This document shows, piece after piece, positions 29,787 through 39,439 of a DNA stretch of 56,014 nt. The notes beneath the pieces are model-generated. The model had not been told where the DNA came from. It made no database searches and worked only from the letters and a program-made list of their open reading frames with translations. A program made the translations under genes and the position numbers. Numbering within the stretch: position 1 is the first letter of the stretch; every line of letters begins with the position of its first letter. The stretch comes from a virus (lineage: Duplodnaviria > Caudoviricetes): the IMG/VR virus record IMGVR_UViG_3300024265_000059, positions 1-56,014 of that record; one strand, written 5' to 3'.

Positions 29787-31604
29787 TTAGCTTGACATCT
29801 CGTAAGAAATCGCATCTAATCGCGTGCCATTAACGGTTAGTGACACAGAAAACGGTTCTTCTTGGATATCGTCTGCCGCTGTCATTGGATCACCAACAAA
29901 GAAGTTGTCCAAAGTATTCAAAAAGAAGTGACAATGATAGTCCAGAACAAATTGAGTATCTTCAATAATAAAATGCTCGTGGCAGAATATAGGTGGTTCT
30001 GGCATGCTGCCAATTGGGCCATTAGAATTAAGCGGGTCTACCCACAGTGTGGGCAATAGGAGATCAGAATATAAAGAATGTTCTGTAGCAGCTTTGACTC
30101 TGACGCGAACAGATGTAGCTCCTGCTCCAAGAGCTACGGTTGTATTGAAAGGAACAACTAGTGGAGCGTTAGGGAGTGGTGTTAAATCCCTACTGGCGTC
30201 TCGATGTAACTCATCACTAACGCTATCCCCATCGCCGTCAAGGACCGTTGGTTTATCTAGCCATACCTTATCCCATGATGTATCGTTACTTACCGATATT
30301 TGAACAGAACCATTTTTTCTAACTGTTTCGGCAGCACCATATGTAAAATCACTAAATGATCCATCACCCTCATTTGGTGCCCAGCCTGGGGTAAGTAGAA
30401 GGCTAACGGGATTTGGCAAAGCCTGAGATATTTGTCGCCAATCCAATGCGTGAGTATTTGTTATCAAGTTTTGGACAGTTATCTCTCCATCAATAGTTAC
30501 AGTTCCTGGCGTTGCATCGTCTGGATCAGGAGGTAAATCAGATACATTGACGACAAAATCAAAAAAAGCAAACGCAGTAATTAGAAAACCAAGCGCACCC
30601 TTAGACGAATTTTGAAACTTACCCGTGTAGTGTTTGGTATAGCTTGCTCCGAACATTTGCATTGGGACTAAGTTCATAACAGAATTCAATTCTGTAAATG
30701 TTCTATATTCGTTTTGTCCATTCTCTCCGTTGTGATAAACAGAAGAATTTGTTAAAGTTTTAAGCGCTTTAGTAGCACCCATTACTTTACATTCAGCAAC
30801 AAATGTTCCACCGTGGGTTATTTCCAGAAAAGGATCATTACCCTGGATATCGAGAAAAGATGTACCAGAATAATTATTCCAATGGTTAAGGTCGATTAGT
30901 GAAAAAGTATGTGTGGCTTTGGTTGTTAACGATTGTGCTGCTGTGGACAAAGCGTCTATCGCAGCACGAAAATATTGTGCCAGTCCCAAATATGAAAATA
31001 CACTCTTGTCGAAAAAAAGACGATTCAAAGCTTCTGCATCTACCTGATTAGTAACTGGTGTAATACCAATACCCATGGGCCTAAATGTAATACCAGGACG
31101 AGGGTCTGGCGAAGGAATACCAGCACTACTAACAGAAAAATGATCCAGATACGCAGAGGGTACTTCAGACAAAGATGGATATATGTTGCCTAAACTAATG
31201 GTGGCATCTTCGAAGTTTCTATCTATTAGAGGTAGGGCAATTTCAACAGCAGGACCAATAAGAGAACTTCCGTCTTCCCCGTTAAGTATGGCTTGCCATA
31301 CTCCAATTCCATACGACATCCTGCCGAATGTGTCAAAAATGCCCAGCAAATGTCCAGGATTTTTGTAGTCAATACCAGGGTTTCCAACACCAAGACCTAT
31401 ATATCTTTTGGCTGGGGTAAATTCGGTAGCTGTCATTTCTTGATACAGATAAGGATCGAAGTTTGGATAGGATAAGGTTGTTGGATTCGGATACAGTATT
31501 CCAGGGTAAGCACCACAGAAAATACCAACTTCTGGTTGAAATGGAGTGTATCCCTGGAGAACTAGGCTAATCAATTTGTTGTCTGGCAAAATACCCAAAT
31601 CCAT
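29787..31604 (-). CDS. Putative tail/baseplate protein
   Basis: AGGAG SD before ATG 31604; lies in the tail module. Confidence 0.5.
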   Translation of the reverse strand: MDLGILPDNKLISLVLQGYTPFQPEVGIFCGAYPGILYPNPTTLSYPNFDPYLYQEMTATEFTPAKRYIGLGVGNPGIDYKNPGHLLGIFDTFGRMSYGIGVWQAILNGEDGSSLIGPAVEIALPLIDRNFEDATISLGNIYPSLSEVPSAYLDHFSVSSAGIPSPDPRPGITFRPMGIGITPVTNQVDAEALNRLFFDKSVFSYLGLAQYFRAAIDALSTAAQSLTTKATHTFSLIDLNHWNNYSGTSFLDIQGNDPFLEITHGGTFVAECKVMGATKALKTLTNSSVYHNGENGQNEYRTFTELNSVMNLVPMQMFGASYTKHYTGKFQNSSKGALGFLITAFAFFDFVVNVSDLPPDPDDATPGTVTIDGEITVQNLITNTHALDWRQISQALPNPVSLLLTPGWAPNEGDGSFSDFTYGAAETVRKNGSVQISVSNDTSWDKVWLDKPTVLDGDGDSVSDELHRDASRDLTPLPNAPLVVPFNTTVALGAGATSVRVRVKAATEHSLYSDLLLPTLWVDPLNSNGPIGSMPEPPIFCHEHFIIEDTQFVLDYHCHFFLNTLDNFFVGDPMTAADDIQEEPFSVSLTVNGTRLDAISYEMSS

Positions 31605-31614
31605 AAAATTACTC

Positions 31615-34326
31615 CTATTGCACTGGCGGTGGCGAGAAAACTTGTGGTGTCTGTTCCATGTACGGCAAGTAGGGGCCATCCAGACCCTCTTGCGAAAAGA
31701 TGCTTATAGTCACTCTTGTTCCTACGATGAGAAGACCAGGACTATTGTCAGGTTCTGCCAAATTGCGAACACCTGTCCACTCTGACAAGAAGTATGATCC
31801 GGTAGTGTCAAGTCCACCAGCATATGATGTTGGATCAATATCTCGGTAATCCAATCGTCTCACAGCATAGAAAGGACCACCTTCCTTGACACTGATAACT
31901 CCTAATCCTCCATCTGGCTTGTCATAAATGAACTCAAGCGATCCGTCACTCGGCCCAGTCGGTGGGTCTACTGGATCGGTTTGGGCATCACTAAGTTCCT
32001 CTTCAATATCTGTATCACTAGTCAGAAGTTCATCTGCTAGTGGTACCAAATCATCTAGAAGTTCTGGAAATTCATCTTCATCATCTAAATTTTGGGTTAT
32101 CTCTTTCTCTTCTTGAATTTGTTGTAGTTCATTAGCTGGTTGAGCACTGCTTGTTCGATCTCTGGAGTTGATAGCCATCGTATATCTGGTCGTTATTCCA
32201 TTATTGTCGGCTCGAATATAGATTTCAGTAATATTGGTAAGACTTCCAGTTCCAAAGGTTGAAGCTATTGATTGTGATAAATCCAAAACAGGCAAACCGG
32301 CAACTTCTAGTTGTCCAGTAAGAAATACTCTTTCTTGTGATTTGAAGTCAGCTTTTTTAACACCTTCAGCTTCCATAGCGGCGTCTGCAATTTCATTTGT
32401 AACACCTCGACCACCAAAAGCCCACGGCACCAAATCTCTATCTACGTGGGACAATACTCTACCATTTATAAACCTAGCCTTTTCTTGAAGCGAACTTATC
32501 TCGGCAATTTGGGATGCTGTGTAACCATCTATTGGTCTCTCATTCGCTATTTGCTCAAGTCTTCTGGTTTCTACGTTTCCGCCATCAGTCCATGGTCCAT
32601 AATGCGCACTTCTATCCATAGAAGTTAACCACAAATGATCCAATTTGTTGTGACGAGTAATTCTATCATAATCTATTTCACCAGTATCCGCATCGACCAC
32701 ATATCTACTCATCGGGACCGGAAGAGTTATGATTACATATCTATCAAATTGAGTTAGAGAACATCTCATATATTTTCTAGGATCACCAAACACATCAAAG
32801 TCGTATATTAGATGGTGAGACCTAGAAACGATAGGTGTCCATTGGATAAAATGATTTTTGAATTCTCTATATGCAGCACCATTATTTTTGTACTCTACGA
32901 TCCCAGATGAAACAGAAAATTCATTTATTTGAACAAACGGCACATAACGGCCATCTTCTGTCGATACCTTAAGCATATTGCTATTGGAAAATGGCCTAGC
33001 TCCATTGGGATAAGGTGCAAGTATCTCTCCATTAGCGTATTCAATTGGAAAATCTTCCTTCTTACTGAATGGAACATCAAGTCCGACAGTTGACCACCAA
33101 GCATTCGGTATAACTTCTATTCTTTCATTCATGCGATACCAAAATTGTCTTCCCCAATGGGTGTTCATATATCTCTTTAATGATCTCAATTTCTCTAAGT
33201 CTCTCTCGTCATTGAGACCGCCATTGAGAGCTTCTTCCATTTCGTCAAAATTGGTTGGTATAAGAACATCTGGATTACTTGGCTTCGTATAGGCAGGATT
33301 CAACAGAGGAACTCCGTCTTTATCAAAACCCCAAAATTGTCCAGCCGACCGTTGTAAAATAGGTTTAACCTTGTAATTACCCTGACCATTATTAACTAAT
33401 TCTTCTTCCATGTCGTTTATGAGCCCGAGTGACCTTCTAACTCCACCAAAAACGTATTTACGCCTCAAACTATGGTTTCTTTCGAACCCATCTTTCCGAC
33501 TTATTATCTCTCCATCATGAAGTGCTGCTAAAGTATCGAGTGTCACATCTGTTATGTCTCTAGCACGATTCGCATCTCTATCAGTCGTCTTGACGCTAAT
33601 AATCCACAAATCATCAGAGACACCTTTTTTTCTAGTATCAACCCACCATGATACACCTACCTTGCTAGTATATTCATTGAGGATAGAAACAAGAGACCTA
33701 GTTTTCCCTTGTACCAAATGTTCAGATGGTCCGTCTCCAGATGAATCAACCAAACTAGAAAACTCACTAAGGTCTAATTCAAATTGGCGATCTCCGTAAT
33801 AAAGAACATTTCCTTCTAGGCTTGCTATAACATCGCCAAGAGTTAAACCGGTTGATTCTTCTCTGTTAACTCCACTAGCACGAGTACCAGAAGGAATTCC
33901 ACTGACACTAATAATATTGTGTCGAACCACTAGTCTGGTATTATTTGGCGCTCCAATACGGCTGGTAGGTAGCGGTGTACCGAGATTAGCAATCATTGCA
34001 GTTTGCATCACAACTCTTGCGTCTTTTATTTGAACGGTGTAAAGACCAGACCCCTGTTTGTTTATACTAGTCCGCTCATAAGATTCAACAAATCCAGTCA
34101 TACGAAATTCACCTATTTTGATAACTTGCATATCGTCGATCGAGTATCTATTGAGAGTAAAATCGCCAGGATTTCTTTCTAGAACAATAATATCCATGGT
34201 GCTTGGAGCACCATTGAAACCCGTCTCAGCACTCATGGATTTGAAAGCGCAGCCGAATATATCAGATGCAATTATACCTGATTCTGATACATAAAGAACT
34301 TCTTGTTCAGCTACTGTCGTTGCCAT
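31615..34326 (-). CDS. Putative tail hub/baseplate-like protein
   Basis: 903 aa, downstream of tape measure; N-terminal beta pattern typical of hub proteins (inference). Confidence 0.5.
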   Translation of the reverse strand: MATTVAEQEVLYVSESGIIASDIFGCAFKSMSAETGFNGAPSTMDIIVLERNPGDFTLNRYSIDDMQVIKIGEFRMTGFVESYERTSINKQGSGLYTVQIKDARVVMQTAMIANLGTPLPTSRIGAPNNTRLVVRHNIISVSGIPSGTRASGVNREESTGLTLGDVIASLEGNVLYYGDRQFELDLSEFSSLVDSSGDGPSEHLVQGKTRSLVSILNEYTSKVGVSWWVDTRKKGVSDDLWIISVKTTDRDANRARDITDVTLDTLAALHDGEIISRKDGFERNHSLRRKYVFGGVRRSLGLINDMEEELVNNGQGNYKVKPILQRSAGQFWGFDKDGVPLLNPAYTKPSNPDVLIPTNFDEMEEALNGGLNDERDLEKLRSLKRYMNTHWGRQFWYRMNERIEVIPNAWWSTVGLDVPFSKKEDFPIEYANGEILAPYPNGARPFSNSNMLKVSTEDGRYVPFVQINEFSVSSGIVEYKNNGAAYREFKNHFIQWTPIVSRSHHLIYDFDVFGDPRKYMRCSLTQFDRYVIITLPVPMSRYVVDADTGEIDYDRITRHNKLDHLWLTSMDRSAHYGPWTDGGNVETRRLEQIANERPIDGYTASQIAEISSLQEKARFINGRVLSHVDRDLVPWAFGGRGVTNEIADAAMEAEGVKKADFKSQERVFLTGQLEVAGLPVLDLSQSIASTFGTGSLTNITEIYIRADNNGITTRYTMAINSRDRTSSAQPANELQQIQEEKEITQNLDDEDEFPELLDDLVPLADELLTSDTDIEEELSDAQTDPVDPPTGPSDGSLEFIYDKPDGGLGVISVKEGGPFYAVRRLDYRDIDPTSYAGGLDTTGSYFLSEWTGVRNLAEPDNSPGLLIVGTRVTISIFSQEGLDGPYLPYMEQTPQVFSPPPVQ

Positions 34327-34331
34327 AACGA

Positions 34332-36059
34332 TTAACCTTCCGTAACGGTGTGAACTCTAGTTCTGTTGTATTTACCAGTACCTGGATTCCACTTTACGCG
34401 ATCGCTGTCTAAGATGTATGAACCAACAGCAAATTGCGGTATCAAAGGAATACCACCCGCCGTATCCATTGTATCTGCTACAGTATCCTTATCAGGTTCC
34501 GAACTGTGACCATCAGAAGTATATGCAACAGTAATCCTTTGTGCGGTAGTTGTGTTGATGTTTTGGATCACAGGGCCAGCAAGACGACCAGGAATAGTAA
34601 TCTCAGCCGATATAGTTTTTGGGTAATCAGTATCGACTGAAATATCAACATTATTCGGGTCTCTATCTGTCCAGGTCCATGATGTATTAGACGAACCGTT
34701 TGTTTCATTCATGGCGTTCGACTTAGATATATGAGTGCCAAGAAACACAACGCCAGTAGGAATTTGAGAACCTATTAGACTAACAGCCAAAACACGAGCA
34801 TCTAAATCTGCGGGTATATTGCTTCTTGCATTATCGATCCGTATGGCTTTTGTATCTCCCACTCCCTTTATATTAACAACCAAACCAAGGTTGTAAACTC
34901 CATTGGTAGTATCATAAGAAAGGGTAGCTTCGTTAGATTGCGTAAATGTAGAAGCTTCACCGGCAGACCAATTAAAGGCGAAATTCACAACACCATCTTT
35001 GTTGTTTACTGTGATATCTCTTTGATTCGGAGTGTCGGTGAGTGTAACACCAGACAGCAACACGCCTAATGCTGCTTCAGTAGAAGCCTTTGCGGCAGCG
35101 TTAGTTGGTATTGCAGCTTTTGCGTTAGCTGTTGCAGTCGGACCACCAACCCTCTCATTAGCCTGAAGACCAAATATAGTACCATTGTAACCAACTTCGA
35201 ACGCATCATCGCTGACAGTACTAACAACGGTAAATGATTCTTCGATGTAAGTAGCAGCCGTCTCGGATGGACCAGCTTCTCGTATTGTCCAAGTTTCGGT
35301 AACAGAATATGTTCCATTTTTTTCCGAAACCCTAGTTGACTTTGAATACCCACCATTGACCCAGTTAACAAAACCAGTTGCGAAGCCCACAAAATCACTA
35401 TCTGGTGTACCACCAATTTTTGCGTTAACCCAACTCTTGGCATTCAACCAAGCCTGAATTGTGGCACCAGTTGATACATCAAAAGTAAGCTCTCCCTGAG
35501 ACTCAACAACATGACTAATCTCGTATACCTTGCCGTTGTGTCCAGGAACCTCACTAAAATCCCAATTTTCAGCTACACTGATAAGGCCAGATGCATCAAA
35601 AGAATCTTCGTCAGTTATCCCAACTAGATATTCGGCATTGAGTTCGACAACATACTGAGAACGATCAGACCATTGTCCTTCTGGGAATGTGATCGACAAA
35701 ACCTTTGGGCGACACTTTACAGGAGAAGCAGCGCCTCCATACCATTCAAGTTCTTTTCCATCTTCTCTGAAAAGCCATCTAATAGCTTCTTGTTTTCGCT
35801 GCAAACGAACAAATGGTGTATCGCCACCGACGAAGGTATCATCAGGAGGAAGACCAGCAGCCGTCCAAAAAGCAGTGGATGGATTTCCTATAACATAATT
35901 CCCACTCGGAGAACCACGGAACGGCAGAAGTGTCCCTGCCAAGGTGATGTTATATTCAACACCATGCTTGCTTCCGTCAGGAGCGGCACTATACACCTTG
36001 TTGATAGTGATCAACGGTGCAGGTACAATCGAATTTCCATCATACAAAACAGTAGCCAT
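34332..36059 (-). CDS. Putative distal tail/baseplate protein
   Basis: 575 aa beta-rich; repeated W.....N...G...Y/F...W units; GAGG SD. Confidence 0.5.
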   Translation of the reverse strand: MATVLYDGNSIVPAPLITINKVYSAAPDGSKHGVEYNITLAGTLLPFRGSPSGNYVIGNPSTAFWTAAGLPPDDTFVGGDTPFVRLQRKQEAIRWLFREDGKELEWYGGAASPVKCRPKVLSITFPEGQWSDRSQYVVELNAEYLVGITDEDSFDASGLISVAENWDFSEVPGHNGKVYEISHVVESQGELTFDVSTGATIQAWLNAKSWVNAKIGGTPDSDFVGFATGFVNWVNGGYSKSTRVSEKNGTYSVTETWTIREAGPSETAATYIEESFTVVSTVSDDAFEVGYNGTIFGLQANERVGGPTATANAKAAIPTNAAAKASTEAALGVLLSGVTLTDTPNQRDITVNNKDGVVNFAFNWSAGEASTFTQSNEATLSYDTTNGVYNLGLVVNIKGVGDTKAIRIDNARSNIPADLDARVLAVSLIGSQIPTGVVFLGTHISKSNAMNETNGSSNTSWTWTDRDPNNVDISVDTDYPKTISAEITIPGRLAGPVIQNINTTTAQRITVAYTSDGHSSEPDKDTVADTMDTAGGIPLIPQFAVGSYILDSDRVKWNPGTGKYNRTRVHTVTEG

Positions 36060-36068
36060 TTTTTCCTC

Positions 36069-39000
36069 CTAATACCCGTGTATATACATGTTTCCACTGG
36101 TATTATACACCCCAACGACAGCATTCAAGAACAAGCTAAGTCCACTAGGACCGTTGTTCACGATACCAGAAACGCCCATTAGATAAAGAGGTACTGTACC
36201 AGTAGGTTGTCCAAAGAGTCCTTCGATAAACAGATCGCCAGACGCAAAAATAGTGATTGGGGCTGCACCCGATATATACAGAGTGGTGGTATTGAACAGT
36301 CCCTGATCTACCCTTAGAAATAGTGTCCACGGGTTTTGTGCTTCGTGTGGTATATACCCGATTCTTCCAGGATCAGATGGATCGATACTACAACGGAGAC
36401 TGAGGGTACCACTCAATTCGTTCCCGTGTGGAGATGATCCAGATGCATGTCCATAAGTAACAAGACTGAACGACCCACTCGTCGTAGTATCCGCCTTCAG
36501 GAACATAGACCAATTTTGGTCTTGGTTTAGATTCCCCGAACCCACTCGCATGAACATAGACCAATTTTGCGTCCCGCCTGCTGTGTATGGGAAATTAGCG
36601 TCTGTAGCTTCAAGATACAAAGGCATATTGTTAAATGTTTGATTGACTCCAGATTGTCCAGACGCAGGAATAAATCCATGTGTGAAAAGATTGACTGAGT
36701 TGTTGGAGGTACTAGATTCTGTTTTTATGTACATAGTCAATGACAGCCGTGCGGGTAGCGGTCCAATATATAGCGTCATTGTTCCAGTTATTGGTAAGTG
36801 AGCTTCCATAAATAAATCGGCATCGGATGTAAATGGTAGCGGTCCCCTAGTGACCAAGTTTAGACTTGGGCCACCAGACGGAGTAGTGAACAGACTCGCA
36901 TCTAATGGATAGGCAAAATCTCCACTCGTCGTAATGAATTCTGGTCCTTTGATGTACAAATCTCTAATGCGGTCTCTAACAAAAACGCCGTGCATAAACA
37001 AATCAATAGAATCGAATGAACCCGCTTGTGTGTATAAAGACAATTGACCACTGGATGGTAGTGGACCGATTATGACCATATCCATAGAGCCAGTGGCTAA
37101 TTCATGGCCGGTGGTAACCATTTCTAATCCAGATGGATAAGCCCCACTTGTGTCAATAACTACTCTATTTTCAATGAACAGCGGGAATTGTCCACTCACA
37201 GCTTCTGGTGCGCTCATAAAGAGATCAAAATCTAAAATTATTTGAGCGCCTAATGACCCACCCATGTAAAGATCGTGATTCCCACTTGAAAGTGGTGGAG
37301 CACCACCAACATAAAGATTAACGTTACCAGTTGAAGCTATGGGGTCTCCTGGGATAAATTTCAGTGCATCCCAATAACCTAAAGTCAGAAATTCATGTTG
37401 ATCTGCGGTGCTGTTGGTCTTTAATTCTATTTCACTTCCTATTACGTTTACGGAAATTCGTAATGTATCGGCACACGTATCTGTTGGTGCTATATTCGTT
37501 TGACGAATAGTAAAGAATCTATTATTGTTAGAACCAACCTCTCTGCAACCAAAGTTGCGTTCGTTATTGTTGTCACGGTTTTCGATAACCACTTCGGCTA
37601 TACTGCCATCTGGTACGGTTACACTTTTTGCTTGCCAAATATGATCGGTAGTCGTATCTGCCAAAACCTCAAAAGCTTCATTGTAGGTTCCGGGAGCCAA
37701 AGACCATCTACCAATAGCCGTAAGAGTTATGTCTGCATCTGTCGTTGCGTATCCTTGTATTGTGCCGTTAACGCCACTTGTATTTACATGGAGACTAGTA
37801 TGATCTGGATAATTCGTAAGGCCAGGGGATATTGAATGATAACGATTAAGGGACGAACCAACCTGTCGAATTCCACCACTTTGTTGTATGCTGGTGTTCG
37901 CATTAGAAATCACTATATCGACTATTTGAGAAACGTAATCTGTTCCTAGATTAACATTAGTCCAGGCACTATCTGCGCCAACACTAAACTCTTCCATCGT
38001 TTCTACATATGTTGCACCTACCCAGTACCCCAATAACCAAAAATTAACCCAAGATGCACTATCGGCATATATTTCGATTTTTCCGCCAGAGCTAACCGGA
38101 ACAAGCATACTAACAAGATCATATCCATTGCCGGTTGGTATGCGTAAACCGAATTTGCGTTCTAGTGAACTGTCTACAGACCTAACACCACCACTGTAAG
38201 ATATTGATGTAAATTGATTTCCCAGAAGTATTTCTGCGACAACTGGGTCTCTTTCGGTTGACTTTGGTACATTTCTATTTGTGAATATGTCATACTCTTC
38301 CCACGTACCTACTCCGGTGGTAGTGAACACTGTGGGATCGCCTTCTACGTAATGTACAATTGGGTCACGACCTATTATGATCATATCGATTCCAGCGGCA
38401 TGTGGAAGTATTTGACCAGAAACAAAATTATCCCAATAGCTTACGACTACAAATTGTGGGTCATCGGGACTAATATCCCCGGCTAAATGTTGAACATTAC
38501 CGCCAGAGTCAACATTAACATTCATTTGAATCCAACTGAGACCATCTTCACTTAACGATTCTTGTAAGTTGACGTATCGATCATCAGAAGATGATGTATT
38601 TCTTACACCAATGAGTTGATTGTCAGTAAGATTTTGACCCAACAAGAATGAAGCAACAGAATTATTGGGAATACCAGAGGCACTAACATCAAGTGTTTCC
38701 CAGGTAGAATCAATGCTAGGTTTCGGAAAAGAAACATCTGCTTCTGTATAGTCTCCGGGTGCAACATTGAGATATCCTAGAATATAGACATTGCAGTCAG
38801 TATTATCTTCGGCATATATGTCAATTGCAGCGGTGACACCACTTGCTTGAACCCATTGACTCAAGCAAGTTTCGCCGCCATTAATAGATTGGGTTAGGTC
38901 GAACAAGTGTTCGCGAGTAGAACCGCTAGCCCTGACACCTACTTCTCTTGCAAGAGCGGTATCTACGTTTGTCATGGTGACATCTACTATTTGGCCACCA

Positions 39001-39413
39001 GTAATTCCGTATGTATCAAGAGCCTTGCTTTCCCAACCAGAACTAGCAATAGGACTGAAGCTGTCAAATCTTTCAAAATATTCGCAACCAACCCAATATC
39101 CTACCATATTAAATTGGACATTGGTGAGATGTTCTGCGTAATACTCAATTTTTCTATCAGCATCGACCTGTACGTGCATAGTCACAAAAGAATCGCCGTC
39201 CGAACTTCTTACTATGTCAATACGACGGTCAAGTGTCCCGGATGTTGCCCTAACACCACCATACACTGGAGCATCAGGTCTCAAAACATTAATAGCAACT
39301 TCTAGAACTGCACTGGGCGGGATTTGATGAGATGTAAGATCGTACTCCGTCCACGTACCGATGACGGTTGGAGTGATGATCTCAATAAGTTCTGCATAAT
39401 GTCTAAATGCCAT
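36069..39413 (-). CDS. Large repeat-containing virion (tail fibre/adhesin-like) protein
   Basis: Six ~110-aa beta domains (W...GVR..GS...GYW) followed by short G.L.L(Y/F) repeats. Confidence 0.55.
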   Translation of the reverse strand: MAFRHYAELIEIITPTVIGTWTEYDLTSHQIPPSAVLEVAINVLRPDAPVYGGVRATSGTLDRRIDIVRSSDGDSFVTMHVQVDADRKIEYYAEHLTNVQFNMVGYWVGCEYFERFDSFSPIASSGWESKALDTYGITGGQIVDVTMTNVDTALAREVGVRASGSTREHLFDLTQSINGGETCLSQWVQASGVTAAIDIYAEDNTDCNVYILGYLNVAPGDYTEADVSFPKPSIDSTWETLDVSASGIPNNSVASFLLGQNLTDNQLIGVRNTSSSDDRYVNLQESLSEDGLSWIQMNVNVDSGGNVQHLAGDISPDDPQFVVVSYWDNFVSGQILPHAAGIDMIIIGRDPIVHYVEGDPTVFTTTGVGTWEEYDIFTNRNVPKSTERDPVVAEILLGNQFTSISYSGGVRSVDSSLERKFGLRIPTGNGYDLVSMLVPVSSGGKIEIYADSASWVNFWLLGYWVGATYVETMEEFSVGADSAWTNVNLGTDYVSQIVDIVISNANTSIQQSGGIRQVGSSLNRYHSISPGLTNYPDHTSLHVNTSGVNGTIQGYATTDADITLTAIGRWSLAPGTYNEAFEVLADTTTDHIWQAKSVTVPDGSIAEVVIENRDNNNERNFGCREVGSNNNRFFTIRQTNIAPTDTCADTLRISVNVIGSEIELKTNSTADQHEFLTLGYWDALKFIPGDPIASTGNVNLYVGGAPPLSSGNHDLYMGGSLGAQIILDFDLFMSAPEAVSGQFPLFIENRVVIDTSGAYPSGLEMVTTGHELATGSMDMVIIGPLPSSGQLSLYTQAGSFDSIDLFMHGVFVRDRIRDLYIKGPEFITTSGDFAYPLDASLFTTPSGGPSLNLVTRGPLPFTSDADLFMEAHLPITGTMTLYIGPLPARLSLTMYIKTESSTSNNSVNLFTHGFIPASGQSGVNQTFNNMPLYLEATDANFPYTAGGTQNWSMFMRVGSGNLNQDQNWSMFLKADTTTSGSFSLVTYGHASGSSPHGNELSGTLSLRCSIDPSDPGRIGYIPHEAQNPWTLFLRVDQGLFNTTTLYISGAAPITIFASGDLFIEGLFGQPTGTVPLYLMGVSGIVNNGPSGLSLFLNAVVGVYNTSGNMYIHGY
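36102..36111 (-). promoter_or_regulatory. Putative late promoter GGTGTATAAT
   Basis: In the 3' end of the upstream CDS, ~45 nt before ATG 36059. Confidence 0.5.
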
Positions 39414-39439
39414 CAGCTACCTCTGTTTGCGTACTACGA

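Noticed and set aside
37028-37037. TGTGTATAAA on the + strand inside the 1114-aa gene
   Set aside because: Intragenic and antisense with no downstream gene; treated as a chance match.
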